Shown here in pieces: positions 32,658-42,490 of a stretch of DNA of 64,000 nucleotides. This stretch comes from Phycisphaerae bacterium. Lineage in GTDB: Bacteria; Planctomycetota; Phycisphaerae; UBA1845. A model generated the notes under the pieces. The model saw only the letters and a program-made list of their open reading frames with translations, had not been told where the DNA came from and did no database searches. Where the stretch lies: contig JAJDDV010000146.1 of assembly GCA_029260135.1 (NCBI GenBank), positions 33,303 to 97,302 on the forward strand. Reading direction: 5' to 3'. The first letter of the stretch is position 1. Every line of letters starts with the position of its first letter. Made by a program: the position numbers and the translations under genes.

Positions 32658-35600
32658 GCCTTCTAGCACTCGCACTGCCCTTCAGCTTCGATCGACCGAT
32701 GTGGCTGTGGCTTGGCCTGCTCATTCCCCTACTGATCCTCGCCTCCCTACGAAGCCTCGCCGGTCTGGAATTCATGCGCCGAACCATGGCGCTCTTCATT
32801 CGAAGCATGCTCGTACTACTTGTTGCATGCTGCCTCGCGCGCGTCGAACACGTCCAGCGAAACGACGACCTCACCGTCATCTACCTCATGGATCGCTCAC
32901 ACAGCGTACAGGAACTGCAGAACCGCCAGGAGGCCTTCGTACACCAGGCCTCAGACAACATCCCCGATGAAGATCGCGTCGGACTCATCGACTTCGCACG
33001 AGACGCCTTTCTACAGCAGCTTCCCACCAGAGGTGGATACTACATCTCCCCAGGCCGGCTCCCCGCCATGCCCAACACCGACCGCACCAACGTCGCCGCC
33101 GGAATGCGACTCGCCATGGCCATGTTCCCGCACGACACCGCAAAACGAATCGTGCTCATGTCCGACGGAAACGACAACATGGGCGATCTTCTCGCCGAAG
33201 CCAGGCGAGCCCGCGCAGACGGAATCCCCGTCGACGTCGTTCCGCTTGACTACCAACACCGCAATGAGATCTACTTTGATCGCTTGATCGCACCGACCCA
33301 CGCCGAACCCGGTGAGCAGGTCGCCATCCGCATGGTCATCAACTCGCAGCGCCCAGCCTCCGGCACCATCATTCTCCAACACAACGGCCGACTCGTCGCC
33401 ATTCCGGACCGTCAAGCCCGCGTCGAACTGAGACCCGGAGACAATACCTTCTACATGAAGCTCTCCGTGGACGACCCCGGATCACATGTCTTCGAGGCCA
33501 CCTTCCGCCCCGACGACGAATCGATGGACGCCACCGCACGAAACAACACCGGCAGCACATTTACCTTCGTCGCCGGGACCAGCCACGCGCTCCTCATCAC
33601 GGCCGATCCGGACTTCGACGCCGCCTTCGTCGACGCCTTGCGAAGCGAGAACGTCAAAGTCGCCGTCAAGACAACGGACCAGCTCGGCGAGTTCGGACTG
33701 CTGCAGATGATGAACTACGCGACCATCATCCTCTCGAACGTCCCCGCCGCCGCACTCACGGACAAGCAGCAAGAAGAACTCGCACTCTATGTCAAAGACA
33801 TGGGCTCAGGCCTCATCATGCTCGGCGGAGACGAAGGATACGGCGCCGGTGGATGGATCGGAAGCCCCGTCGAAGAAGTCATGCCCGTCTCCTTCGAGAT
33901 CAAGCACAAACGCGTCATCCCCCGCGGCGCACTCGCACTCATTATTCACAGTTGTGAAATCGCCAGGGGCAACTTCTGGGGAAAGGAGATGGCCAAGAAG
34001 AGCGTCGACACCATCAGCTCGCAAGACTACATCGGTGTCCTCGCCTATTCCTGGTCCCCCGGAGGCGAAAACTGGGAGGTCCCGCTCGATCTCAACACCA
34101 ACAAAGCCGCCGTCAAGAACAAGATCGACAAGATGCAGATCGGCGACATGCCTGACTTCGGCACCACCATGCAGATGGCCTATCGCGGTCTCGTCAGCGG
34201 CAAGGGGCGCGACGCCGCGCAGAAGCACGTGATCATCCTCAGCGACGGCGACGCCTCGCCGCCGCTGCCCAGACTGATCAGCCAATACAAGAAGGCAAAG
34301 ATTACCGTCAGCACCATCGCCATCGGGTGGGGCGGACATGTCATGGCCTCGACCATGCAGTCGATCTCCAGAGCCACCGGCGGGAAGTTCTATCAAGCGC
34401 GAAACCCAAGACAGCTCCCGCAGATCTTCACCAAAGAATCGAAGGTCGTGCGGAGACCGCTGATCGTCGACGAGCCCTTTCAGCCGCAACTGCTCCACAG
34501 CTACAGCGAGATTCTAGCGGGAATCGACCCGACTTCGGACGCGCTTCCGCCGCTCGGCGGTATGATCATGACCTCCCCCAAGCAGAACCCCAACGTCATT
34601 GTGCCGATCATCCGCGCGACCGACGACGGCGAGGACCCCGTGCTCGCTCACTGGCAATACGAACTCGGAAAGACGGTCGCCTTCACCAGCGGCTATTGGC
34701 CCGTCTGGGGTCGCCAGTGGACCCAGTGGCCCAAGTTCGCGAAACTCTGGGCACAGATCGTACGCTGGACCATGCGCCAGGACGCGCCCGCCAACTTCGA
34801 CACCTACACCAAAATCGACGGCAACAGCGGTCGCATCGTGATTGACGCACTCGACAAAGACGCCAGCTACCTCAATCTGCTCCAACTCCGAACCAGCGTC
34901 ATAGGACCCGACAACCAGCCCGTTCCCGTCGAGTTTATCCAGACCGGACCGGGGCACTACGAGGCCCAGGTGCCCATCGACAAAGCCGGGCAATACCTCG
35001 CCAACGTGCGCGCGATCGATGCCTCAGGACGCAGCATGGGAACGCTCCGAACCGGACTCTCTGCGCCCTTCTCACCGGAATATCGCGACCTCATGCCAAA
35101 CGAAGCCCTCCTCCGACAAGTCGTCGACGAAACAGATGGGCGATGGCTCGATATGCCCGCCAAGGACGCCGACGTCTTCAGTCACGATCTTCCACCGACC
35201 GAAGCCAGGCGACCGGCCTGGGAGTGGGTGCTCGCATGGTTGCTGCTCCCCATGTTCCTACTGGACGTCGCCGTACGGCGCCTCGCGAGCTGGCTCGCCT
35301 TCTCGATTGCCGTCGAACTTGTCGTCCTCGTCTTCCTGCTGATTGGGCTCGACATCATCCATACCAACATTCTGGGAGTCTTCGGCGCGTTCCTGCTGGC
35401 CGAACTCATCGGATGGATGATACGTTTCCGATATATCGGACCGCTCTTCGACTACATGACCCATACCGTCACCGCCCTTGGCCGCGCCGGCGAGCGCAGC
35501 ACGGCTTCGCTCGATAAGCTCAAATCAAAGAAGGATGAAGTCCGAAGCGACCTCGATGGCGAGAAGGACCGAACCGGAAAGGTGTCAACGGGTGAGGAAA

Positions 35601-35845
35601 CGCTCGATCCACTGGGCCCCATTCCACTCGCCAATGCCAAGCAGCGCTTCGACGTCGGCGATGCGAAAGCATCGAAGCCCTCCGCCGACCTCGCCGATGC
35701 GCTTGGCGGTGCAGCGCCCAATCGGCCGCCCGCCAAACCCGATCGACCTCCCGCCCAAGAGGATCAGGGCGACGACCAGGAAACGACCTCACGACTGCTC
35801 CGCGCAAAACGCCGAGCAAAGAGGAAAGAGGACAACGGCTCATGA
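32654..35845 (+). CDS. BatA-N/vWA-domain giant membrane protein (two vWA-like modules, GATase1-like middle domain, C-terminal TM helices, acidic/basic tail)
   Basis: N-terminal double-TM motif (F..P.WLWLGLLIPLLIL). First vWA module with DRSHSV..SDGNDN, then a ThuA/GATase1-like LLITADPD...LGGDEGYGAGGW, then a second vWA module with ILSDGDASPP. Confidence 0.85.
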   Translation: MSLLALALPFSFDRPMWLWLGLLIPLLILASLRSLAGLEFMRRTMALFIRSMLVLLVACCLARVEHVQRNDDLTVIYLMDRSHSVQELQNRQEAFVHQASDNIPDEDRVGLIDFARDAFLQQLPTRGGYYISPGRLPAMPNTDRTNVAAGMRLAMAMFPHDTAKRIVLMSDGNDNMGDLLAEARRARADGIPVDVVPLDYQHRNEIYFDRLIAPTHAEPGEQVAIRMVINSQRPASGTIILQHNGRLVAIPDRQARVELRPGDNTFYMKLSVDDPGSHVFEATFRPDDESMDATARNNTGSTFTFVAGTSHALLITADPDFDAAFVDALRSENVKVAVKTTDQLGEFGLLQMMNYATIILSNVPAAALTDKQQEELALYVKDMGSGLIMLGGDEGYGAGGWIGSPVEEVMPVSFEIKHKRVIPRGALALIIHSCEIARGNFWGKEMAKKSVDTISSQDYIGVLAYSWSPGGENWEVPLDLNTNKAAVKNKIDKMQIGDMPDFGTTMQMAYRGLVSGKGRDAAQKHVIILSDGDASPPLPRLISQYKKAKITVSTIAIGWGGHVMASTMQSISRATGGKFYQARNPRQLPQIFTKESKVVRRPLIVDEPFQPQLLHSYSEILAGIDPTSDALPPLGGMIMTSPKQNPNVIVPIIRATDDGEDPVLAHWQYELGKTVAFTSGYWPVWGRQWTQWPKFAKLWAQIVRWTMRQDAPANFDTYTKIDGNSGRIVIDALDKDASYLNLLQLRTSVIGPDNQPVPVEFIQTGPGHYEAQVPIDKAGQYLANVRAIDASGRSMGTLRTGLSAPFSPEYRDLMPNEALLRQVVDETDGRWLDMPAKDADVFSHDLPPTEARRPAWEWVLAWLLLPMFLLDVAVRRLASWLAFSIAVELVVLVFLLIGLDIIHTNILGVFGAFLLAELIGWMIRFRYIGPLFDYMTHTVTALGRAGERSTASLDKLKSKKDEVRSDLDGEKDRTGKVSTGEETLDPLGPIPLANAKQRFDVGDAKASKPSADLADALGGAAPNRPPAKPDRPPAQEDQGDDQETTSRLLRAKRRAKRKEDNGS

Positions 35846-36048
35846 TTCGCGCGCGTGGGAGTATATGTTTGGCTACGTCTCTCCACCGCACCGGCCCTGA
35901 CAACCAACCGCAATCGGCAAAACAGAACCGCGACCGTGAGGGAGCGGACAAACAGGCGGCGCGTTTCCGGGCTCGCGGTGCCGAGGGCACGCTAAACACG
36001 TACGTGGACCTGAGAGTGTGTTTAGTGAGGGAGGGCGAGGCTCCCGCC

Positions 36049-36129
36049 GGGTGCCATGCCCAAGCCGGAGGCGCCGCCATGCTTCCTGAACGGCCAAACC
36101 GTATCCCTGTAGGGTCCGCTGTGCGGACC
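36049..36129. repeat. REP-like family A (degenerate) next to family B (inverted orientation) in the vWA-MoxR spacer
   Basis: GGGTGCCATGCCCAAGCCGGAGGCGCCGCCATGC (36049-36081) and GTAGGGTCCGCTGTGCGGACC (palindrome at 36113-36129). Confidence 0.75.
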
Positions 36130-36387
36130 TTTGCCCTCCTCGCCATCAAGAGGATCGAGCGGAAGGCATCTCCGGCTGCCGCCGCCAAGATCGCGGAAAA
36201 GCCCGTGACAAACGAGCAGTTAAAGAAGATGTTGAAGGGCACGCTAGCGCCCTCAAAACGAATCGTCACGGTCCTGCGACCTGATGAAAGGTACCAGTCG
36301 GACGATTGACCCGAGCAGGACAATGTTGTTGAAACGGATAATCGGAGTGATTGGCTCCGCACAGACAAGAGCGAAGAGGAGCGGCTG

Positions 36388-37407
36388 ATGGCTGACAATA
36401 TCGATCCCGCGGTGGAAAAGGCGACGAAAGAGTTCCGGGCCAAGTTTCAGGCCTTACGCGACGAGATCGGAAAGATGATCGTCGGACATGAAGATGTCGT
36501 CGACGGAGTCCTCACGGCCTTGCTCGTGGGCGGCCATGTCCTTCTCGAGGGCGTACCCGGTCTGGGCAAGACGCTTCTCATTCGCACGCTCGCACAGGCC
36601 ATCAACCTGAAGTTCTCGCGCATCCAGTTCACGCCCGACCTGATGCCCGCGGACATCATCGGTACGACCATTATTTCCGAGGACCCGGCCTCCGGAAAAC
36701 GCGCCTTCGAGTTCCAGTACGGACCCCTCTTTGCGCAGATCGTTCTCGCGGACGAGATCAACCGCGCAACGCCCAAAACGCAATCCGCGCTCCTCGAAGC
36801 CATGCAGGAACACACCGTCACCGTCGGCGGTACCCGACACACACTCGAAGAACCCTTCTTCGTGATGGCCACCCAAAACCCCATCGAGCAGGAAGGAACC
36901 TACCCGCTCCCCGAAGCGCAGCTCGACCGATTCATGTTCAAGCTCGTCGTGGACTACTCCAACAGAGACGAACTCAAGACCATCATGGATCGAACCACCA
37001 CCGGCTACAAACCCGACATCCAGGCCGTCATGAACGGCGACGAGATCGTCGGTACGCAGAAACTCGTACGCCGAATCGTCGTCGCACCGCACGTGCAGGA
37101 CTACATCATTCGTCTCGCCATGGCCTCGCACCCCCAGGGACCCTACGCCATCGATGTCACCAACAAGTATGTCAGGTGGGGCGCCAGCCCTCGAGCCGTC
37201 CAGACATTGACACTCGGAGCCAAGCTCAACGCGCTACTCGACGGCCGCTACAACGCCAGCTTTTCCGACGCCAAGAAGATCTATCTCCCGGCGATGCGCC
37301 ACCGCGTACTGCTCAACTTTGAAGGTGAAGCCGAAGGCGTCAGTGTCGATGAGGTTCTTACGGAGGTGCTGGACAAGACGCCGACCATGGCCGAAGCCGC
37401 CGCCTAG
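36388..37407 (+). CDS. MoxR-family AAA+ ATPase
   Basis: Walker A LEGVPGLGKT, Walker B VLADEINRA, ..FFVMATQNPIEQEGTYPLPEAQLDRF.., and the C-terminal lid WGASPRA. Confidence 0.93.
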   Translation: MADNIDPAVEKATKEFRAKFQALRDEIGKMIVGHEDVVDGVLTALLVGGHVLLEGVPGLGKTLLIRTLAQAINLKFSRIQFTPDLMPADIIGTTIISEDPASGKRAFEFQYGPLFAQIVLADEINRATPKTQSALLEAMQEHTVTVGGTRHTLEEPFFVMATQNPIEQEGTYPLPEAQLDRFMFKLVVDYSNRDELKTIMDRTTTGYKPDIQAVMNGDEIVGTQKLVRRIVVAPHVQDYIIRLAMASHPQGPYAIDVTNKYVRWGASPRAVQTLTLGAKLNALLDGRYNASFSDAKKIYLPAMRHRVLLNFEGEAEGVSVDEVLTEVLDKTPTMAEAAA

Positions 37408-37847
37408 CGATCATCGGTCGACGTGTGATCGTGTACGATCACCCACGCGCCGCCGATGCGGCGAAAGACGAGCGAGAACGCACCGCCCACCGGCGCTTCG
37501 CGCTCGAGTTGCCAGCGCCCCAGAACCATCGCGGCGTCCGCGCCAAGCCCGAAGACCTCGAGGCTGGAGAACGTCAGTCTTCCCATCCGCTCCGGTGTCG
37601 GGTACCGCTCCCGATAACCCGCGAGCGTCGCTTCCCAGCCCCGCGTCACTCGCCCGCTCGACGAGAACGTCAGCTTCGGTGACTGCCAGTAAGGCTGCAT
37701 GAACCGTTCGACGTCCCCCTCGTTCCACGCCTTCGCCTGTTCACCGAGCACCGCTACGAGTTGCGTTCGAAGCCCTCCCGCCGCGCTACACCCGGTCAAA
37801 ACAACCCCCGCCAGCGCCCAACAAATGAAGAATCGCTCTATGTTCAC
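37404..37847 (-). CDS. SnoaL/DUF4440-like (NTF2-fold) lipoprotein
   Basis: Lies in ORF 37404..37931. GTG 37847 gives VNIERFFICWALAGVVLTGCS (signal peptide plus lipobox). It has an NTF2-like ..WNEGDVERFM.. and ends ..GGAWVIVHDHTS. The longer start would overlap an inverted repeat. Confidence 0.65.
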   Translation of the reverse strand: MNIERFFICWALAGVVLTGCSAAGGLRTQLVAVLGEQAKAWNEGDVERFMQPYWQSPKLTFSSSGRVTRGWEATLAGYRERYPTPERMGRLTFSSLEVFGLGADAAMVLGRWQLEREAPVGGAFSLVFRRIGGAWVIVHDHTSTDDR

Positions 37848-37928
37848 GTCGATACTCCGTCCGAAAATACCGCCCCTCGGCCTCCCGGGGAGAGCGGGCA
37901 TTCTACGGGCTTGTGGCACACCACGCGA

Positions 37929-37956
37929 CACGTGTGACGGCGAAATGTCACACGTG
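37929..37956. promoter_or_regulatory. Perfect 10-bp inverted repeat CACGTGTGAC-N8-GTCACACGTG in a divergent intergenic region (candidate operator)
   Basis: Read directly. It lies between the SnoaL-like gene (-) and the HD-GYP gene (+). The binding protein is unknown. Confidence 0.3.
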
Positions 37957-38260
37957 GCGCCGGCGCCGATAAAGACCCCGGCTGCGGCGCGCGACGCGCG
38001 TGGTCATCAGTGCCATAAAAATGACACTTTTGGTCGAGCCCTCCCTCACATTATCCTCTCTCCGCGACGTCCGATGATCGGGGTGGTGGTGGTGGTGCGA
38101 CTCGGGCCGGTGCGGGGGGCGCGGAGTGTTGATCGGACGGCATTCAACGGCGCGACGTCAGCCGATAAGCGCCTGTCATCACGCAGGTTAAGTGCGCGAG
38201 ATGTGCTGACGATACGTCTGCGGGCAGCGAGAGTACCACGCCACGAAGTGGGGTAATGGC

Positions 38261-39484
38261 ATGATGGCCGGCGATCGTCTCAACACACATCACTCTCGGC
38301 GCAGCGGTGGCGACCGCGACGTCGTCGCAGCCGAACACGCTGCATTCTTGAGTGATGTGAGTGTACTTCGCAATGCGTGCCGGCGCAAGAACGAGTCGCT
38401 CACGATTCTGATGTTCGAGTTGAACCCGATTCGCGGCGAGGGCGGGTCGGGTGTCGCGGGTGATCGTGGTTGCCAGTCGGCGTGGTTCCGATCGGTTCTG
38501 GTCGGTTTGTCGCGAGAGAGTGACAAGGCGGCCCACTACTTCGGGGACCGATTCGTTCTGGCTCTTCCCGCCGCGGGTGCGAATGACGCGCGCGGGATGT
38601 CGGAGCGATGCCGAAGATCGCTCCAAGAGCGTCCGCTCGTCATTGATGGGCGAACGTGTGGCGTGACGCTGGCTGTGGGGATTGCGGAGAGCAATTGCGG
38701 CGACCGGGAGACGGCGTACCAACTGATCCAGCGCGCGCGCGTTGCGTTGGAGCAGGCGAAGAAACGAGGCGAAGATTCGACGGTCGTGTGGACGCGTGGA
38801 TCTGATGAAACGGGCTCCCCTTCAGCGTCCTGTCGGAATGTCGCCAACGGTGTTACGCGTTGGATCGAGAACCTCCGGTGCCATCTTCGTTCCACTTGCA
38901 CCGAACTGACACAATCTCTGGTAGCGGCCGTGGAGGCCAAGGATCCGTACACGCGTTCACATTCGCAAGCGGTCGCCGACTACGCGGTTGCGATCGGTCG
39001 GCGTATGGGGCTCAGCGAGTCGGAACTGCAGACGCTGCGGGATGCCGCGTTGCTTCACGACGTCGGCAAGATCGGAGTTCCGGATGCGATCCTGACGAAG
39101 CCGGGTCCGCTGACTCGCGAGGAATTCGATATCGTCAAGCGGCATCCGGAGACGGCGCTCGAGATTCTCAGTCCGATGAGCTATCTCCAGGACGAGAGGC
39201 CGCTCATCCTGCACCACCACGAGCGATGGGACGGGACGGGGTATCCGTCCGGGCTGGAGGGTGAACAGATTCCGCTGGGCGCCCGGATCCTGTCGGTTGC
39301 GGATGCGCTCGACACGATGCTCTCGCCTCGGACGTACAAGGAGCCGTTCTCTGTCGGGCAGGTTCGTCGTGAATTGCTGGCGGTATCGGGTCGGCAGTTT
39401 GACCCGGCGGTTACGGTTGAAACACTTCGCTGGTTTGACGAAGGCATAGGTCGGGACGTTCGCCCCGACCTATGCCACCGCTGA
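38261..39484 (+). CDS. HD-GYP phosphodiesterase with N-terminal degenerate GGDEF-like domain
   Basis: The C-terminal half has HDVGKIGVPD, HHHERWDGTGYP and ADALDTM. The N-terminal half has a GGDEF-fold layout with FGDRF in place of GGDEF/GGEEF, and ..ARVALEQAKKRG.. Confidence 0.85.
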   Translation: MMAGDRLNTHHSRRSGGDRDVVAAEHAAFLSDVSVLRNACRRKNESLTILMFELNPIRGEGGSGVAGDRGCQSAWFRSVLVGLSRESDKAAHYFGDRFVLALPAAGANDARGMSERCRRSLQERPLVIDGRTCGVTLAVGIAESNCGDRETAYQLIQRARVALEQAKKRGEDSTVVWTRGSDETGSPSASCRNVANGVTRWIENLRCHLRSTCTELTQSLVAAVEAKDPYTRSHSQAVADYAVAIGRRMGLSESELQTLRDAALLHDVGKIGVPDAILTKPGPLTREEFDIVKRHPETALEILSPMSYLQDERPLILHHHERWDGTGYPSGLEGEQIPLGARILSVADALDTMLSPRTYKEPFSVGQVRRELLAVSGRQFDPAVTVETLRWFDEGIGRDVRPDLCHR

Positions 39485-39490
39485 AGGTTT

Positions 39491-42490
39491 CTAGAATTCG
39501 TTGAGCTTGAGCTCGAGCATCCGGTCGATTCTCGATTTGCAGGCCACGAAATGGGATTCCGAGGCGAAGTCCAGTTTTCCGGTTTTTATTGCGTTGTCGA
39601 GTTTGGCGTTCAGTCGACGAAGCGCATTGGATAGCATCGCGTGGATGTCGGGCGAGACGATGCTTCCGGGCGTTGTTCGAACGAGCAATTCCATCATGCT
39701 CAAATACTCCCGTTGCAGGGAGCGCCGCGTCCCCGAGACGAAGGGTGTTGCGTCGGTCCAGGTCTTGCGGTTGACCTTCTTGCCCGCCATCACATCGGTC
39801 CAGCACGCGGACTGAATCCGCTGGATGTACTCGGCCACCGTCAGCTTTCCGGGGTCCTGGGTCTTCATCTCGTTGTCGTGAAGACGGCGCAGGGTGTTGG
39901 GGAAGAGTCGGTCGAAGAGATTGCTCCACTGCAGGAGTCCTACGATGCGCCGCACGGGGAAGTCGATGACGTAGTCGACGCGTGCGCCGGAATGACTCCA
40001 ACGCGGGGTCATCATGTGGTTGAGAAGCTCGGGTGGAAACTCGAAGAAGTCGTCCTGGAAGAGATTCTCCTCGATGAAGGCCAAGGCTCTCCGTTGAACC
40101 TCGGGTTCGACCAGGGTAAGTGGCGGCTGGGCGCCCGGATCCCCTCGATGGCTTCTTGTGGTGTATTGACCGCCGATGTAGCGACCGACGTAATCAAGCA
40201 CAAAGGCCTTGTCGAAGAGGAGGCTCTGGAAGGATGCCCGGAGGAAGTACCAGCTTTCGTGGTCCTTGACGGACCAGTCGAGCAACGTGCTCATTCTCTT
40301 GTTGACGAGCGTGATGCGTTCCTTCGCCCAGTTGATCGGATCGCGTCCCATGTCGAATCGGTTGCTTCGCGGTTCGGGCCCGAGGAAGGTCGTGTCTTCG
40401 TCGGTCGCGTAGACCAGCTGCGGTTCGCCGGCGCGTGAGGCGATGGCGTCGAGCATCTTTCGCTCAGCGGCGTTGGGTCCTTTGAAGGTCGGTCCGTTGG
40501 ACTTATTCTTCCGCGCCGGTCCGTTGCCGCCTTTTTGTGAGGCTTTGTCTTTGACCATCTTTCGGATGTCTTCGGGCAACTGTGCGAGTAGTTCGTCGGA
40601 GATTTCGGACTTCTCCGCGTCGGACGCGGTTTCGGCGCCGGCGTCCGTTCGGGCCTCTTCCGGCGCGCTCTCTTCCTCGTCCTTTGGTGCGGGCGGCTCG
40701 TAGCTCCCGTCGGCGGGGCGGTACCCGTACTCGATCACCCAGTAATCCCAGGGACCGAGGGTCGGGGTGATGAAGTGCCCCTCGAGGGTCTTGTCTTCGA
40801 AGAAGAGCACGGGATTGTAATCCATCACCGAGCCGACCAAGTGATCGCCGGTTCCGCGACGTTGCTTGATTTCGTCGACGGAGAAGATGGTGCTGGCCTT
40901 GAAGTTATGGCGCAAGCCGAGCGTGTGCCCGACCTCGTGCATGACGACTTCCTTGATGACATCGTAGAGTAGCTTGTCGATCGCTTCCTTGGGTTGTCCG
41001 GCCATCATCGCGTGTGCGACGGCCATCTGGTGCTTCATCCCTTCGTGGTAGTCGCAGCCGACGTGCCCTCGGCGCTGCATGCGTTCGCGCATGGCGTCGC
41101 GCAGTGCAGCGTCTTCTTCGTGGTCGTCGTGTGTCATCTGCTCCCAGGATCGCCGGGGTCGCTTCCACTTCGGGTTCTTCTCGAAGAACTCTCGAAGGAC
41201 GGGGTCGCTCATTTTGTTGGCCATGGCGGCCTCCGTCAGGTTGAGTTCGGCGTCCTTCTGGTAGTACCTCACCATGGAGTCATCGAAGATGATGTCGGCG
41301 TCGTAGATCTGTCCGGTGAAGGGGTTTGCGCGGTGGGGACCCATGGCGAATCCCGCGCCGGTGACGATCCAGCGGAAGAAGCTATATCGCATGTCTTCGG
41401 GGTCGAGGTCTTTCCACTCGTTGTCGTGGGTCTGCTGGCGGACCTCGACGGCGTTGACAAAGCCGACTTTCTCATAGGCTTTGTTCCATTCGAGGATGCC
41501 GTCTCGTACGGCTCTGCGGAACTTCACGGGAACGGTTTTTTCGATGTAATAGATGATGGGTTGCTTGGGTTCGCACATGGACAGGCTGGGATCGCGTTTT
41601 TCGAGGTGCCAGCGGTCGATGTATCGATTGAAGAGATCGCGAGACTCGGTGGGCTTGGCCCAATCTTGATTGGCGGTGAGGAAGTAGCCGATGCGATCGT
41701 CGGCGACGCGCGGCGCATAGTTGCTCTTGGGGAGCTTCCAGAAGCTGAAGTGGACCATCTTCTTGTCATAGGATCCTGGCGGGGACCCGCGACCGACGGC
41801 CAGGGCGACGCCGATCTCCATGTTGAGTTCGAACGCTTTCTTTTTGGTCCACTGAGATAGTCCGGCGTTGACGCCGCCGCTTCTCGAGAAACCCATCGGT
41901 CCGGCGGACATCCATGCGATGTCGGCGAAGTTGCTCTTGAGCATTCGTCCGAGGTCGATGACGGGGTCGCCTTGGGGCGACTTGGTGACGATGGGGACAG
42001 CCACTCGAATCCGTTCGGGGTAGGTACGACGTACGACGTCGTTGACGGTGTTCTTCTTGTCGACGACGAAGCGTGTTTCCGGTTCGACGAGCAGGAGTTT
42101 CTCGTCGAGAACCTCCCATCGAACGACGCGTTCTTCGAGCGGAAAGCCGGTGAAGAATCCGCCGCCGGAGAAGCTGACCGACAGCATGAACTTCTCTCCG
42201 AGGAAGCCCGCGGGGATCTGGCAGAGGAGCTTTTCACGTTTCTTGCCCTTTGCCCCGTCGGGGTAATCCCACAGCGTGAAGAGCCCTTTGTGAGATTGCA
42301 TGTCTTTGGTGATTTTGTCGAAAGGCGGGAAGGGGCCCTTGTCGGTATCGGGCTTGTCGCCACCGCCCCCCTTGGCCATTTTGGCCAGGGCGGCCATATC
42401 GATCGCCTCGTCACCGCTTTGAACATCCGCGGAGGCTGCCGCGAACGTGCAACACAAAGCCAAACCGAACATTACTGAGCGCCGTACCAT
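39491..42490 (-). CDS. Secreted zinc-dependent metalloprotease (large, DUF4953/DUF5117-like architecture)
   Basis: ATG 42490 is preceded by AGGAG 7 nt upstream. Signal peptide MVRRSVMFGLALCCTFAAASA. Zinc site VMHEVGHTLGLRHNF, with an acidic insert after it. Confidence 0.85.
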   Translation of the reverse strand: MVRRSVMFGLALCCTFAAASADVQSGDEAIDMAALAKMAKGGGGDKPDTDKGPFPPFDKITKDMQSHKGLFTLWDYPDGAKGKKREKLLCQIPAGFLGEKFMLSVSFSGGGFFTGFPLEERVVRWEVLDEKLLLVEPETRFVVDKKNTVNDVVRRTYPERIRVAVPIVTKSPQGDPVIDLGRMLKSNFADIAWMSAGPMGFSRSGGVNAGLSQWTKKKAFELNMEIGVALAVGRGSPPGSYDKKMVHFSFWKLPKSNYAPRVADDRIGYFLTANQDWAKPTESRDLFNRYIDRWHLEKRDPSLSMCEPKQPIIYYIEKTVPVKFRRAVRDGILEWNKAYEKVGFVNAVEVRQQTHDNEWKDLDPEDMRYSFFRWIVTGAGFAMGPHRANPFTGQIYDADIIFDDSMVRYYQKDAELNLTEAAMANKMSDPVLREFFEKNPKWKRPRRSWEQMTHDDHEEDAALRDAMRERMQRRGHVGCDYHEGMKHQMAVAHAMMAGQPKEAIDKLLYDVIKEVVMHEVGHTLGLRHNFKASTIFSVDEIKQRRGTGDHLVGSVMDYNPVLFFEDKTLEGHFITPTLGPWDYWVIEYGYRPADGSYEPPAPKDEEESAPEEARTDAGAETASDAEKSEISDELLAQLPEDIRKMVKDKASQKGGNGPARKNKSNGPTFKGPNAAERKMLDAIASRAGEPQLVYATDEDTTFLGPEPRSNRFDMGRDPINWAKERITLVNKRMSTLLDWSVKDHESWYFLRASFQSLLFDKAFVLDYVGRYIGGQYTTRSHRGDPGAQPPLTLVEPEVQRRALAFIEENLFQDDFFEFPPELLNHMMTPRWSHSGARVDYVIDFPVRRIVGLLQWSNLFDRLFPNTLRRLHDNEMKTQDPGKLTVAEYIQRIQSACWTDVMAGKKVNRKTWTDATPFVSGTRRSLQREYLSMMELLVRTTPGSIVSPDIHAMLSNALRRLNAKLDNAIKTGKLDFASESHFVACKSRIDRMLELKLNEF

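Noticed and set aside
35842-36309. A 155-aa ORF whose ATG overlaps the vWA gene stop (ATGA), suggesting a coupled gene between the vWA gene and moxR.
   Set aside because: Its middle is made of REP family A and B sequences (GCHAQAGGAAM, VGSAVRT) and it is Arg-rich. Only the last ~45 aa look mildly protein-like, and no plausible start precedes them. The overlap is probably coincidental.
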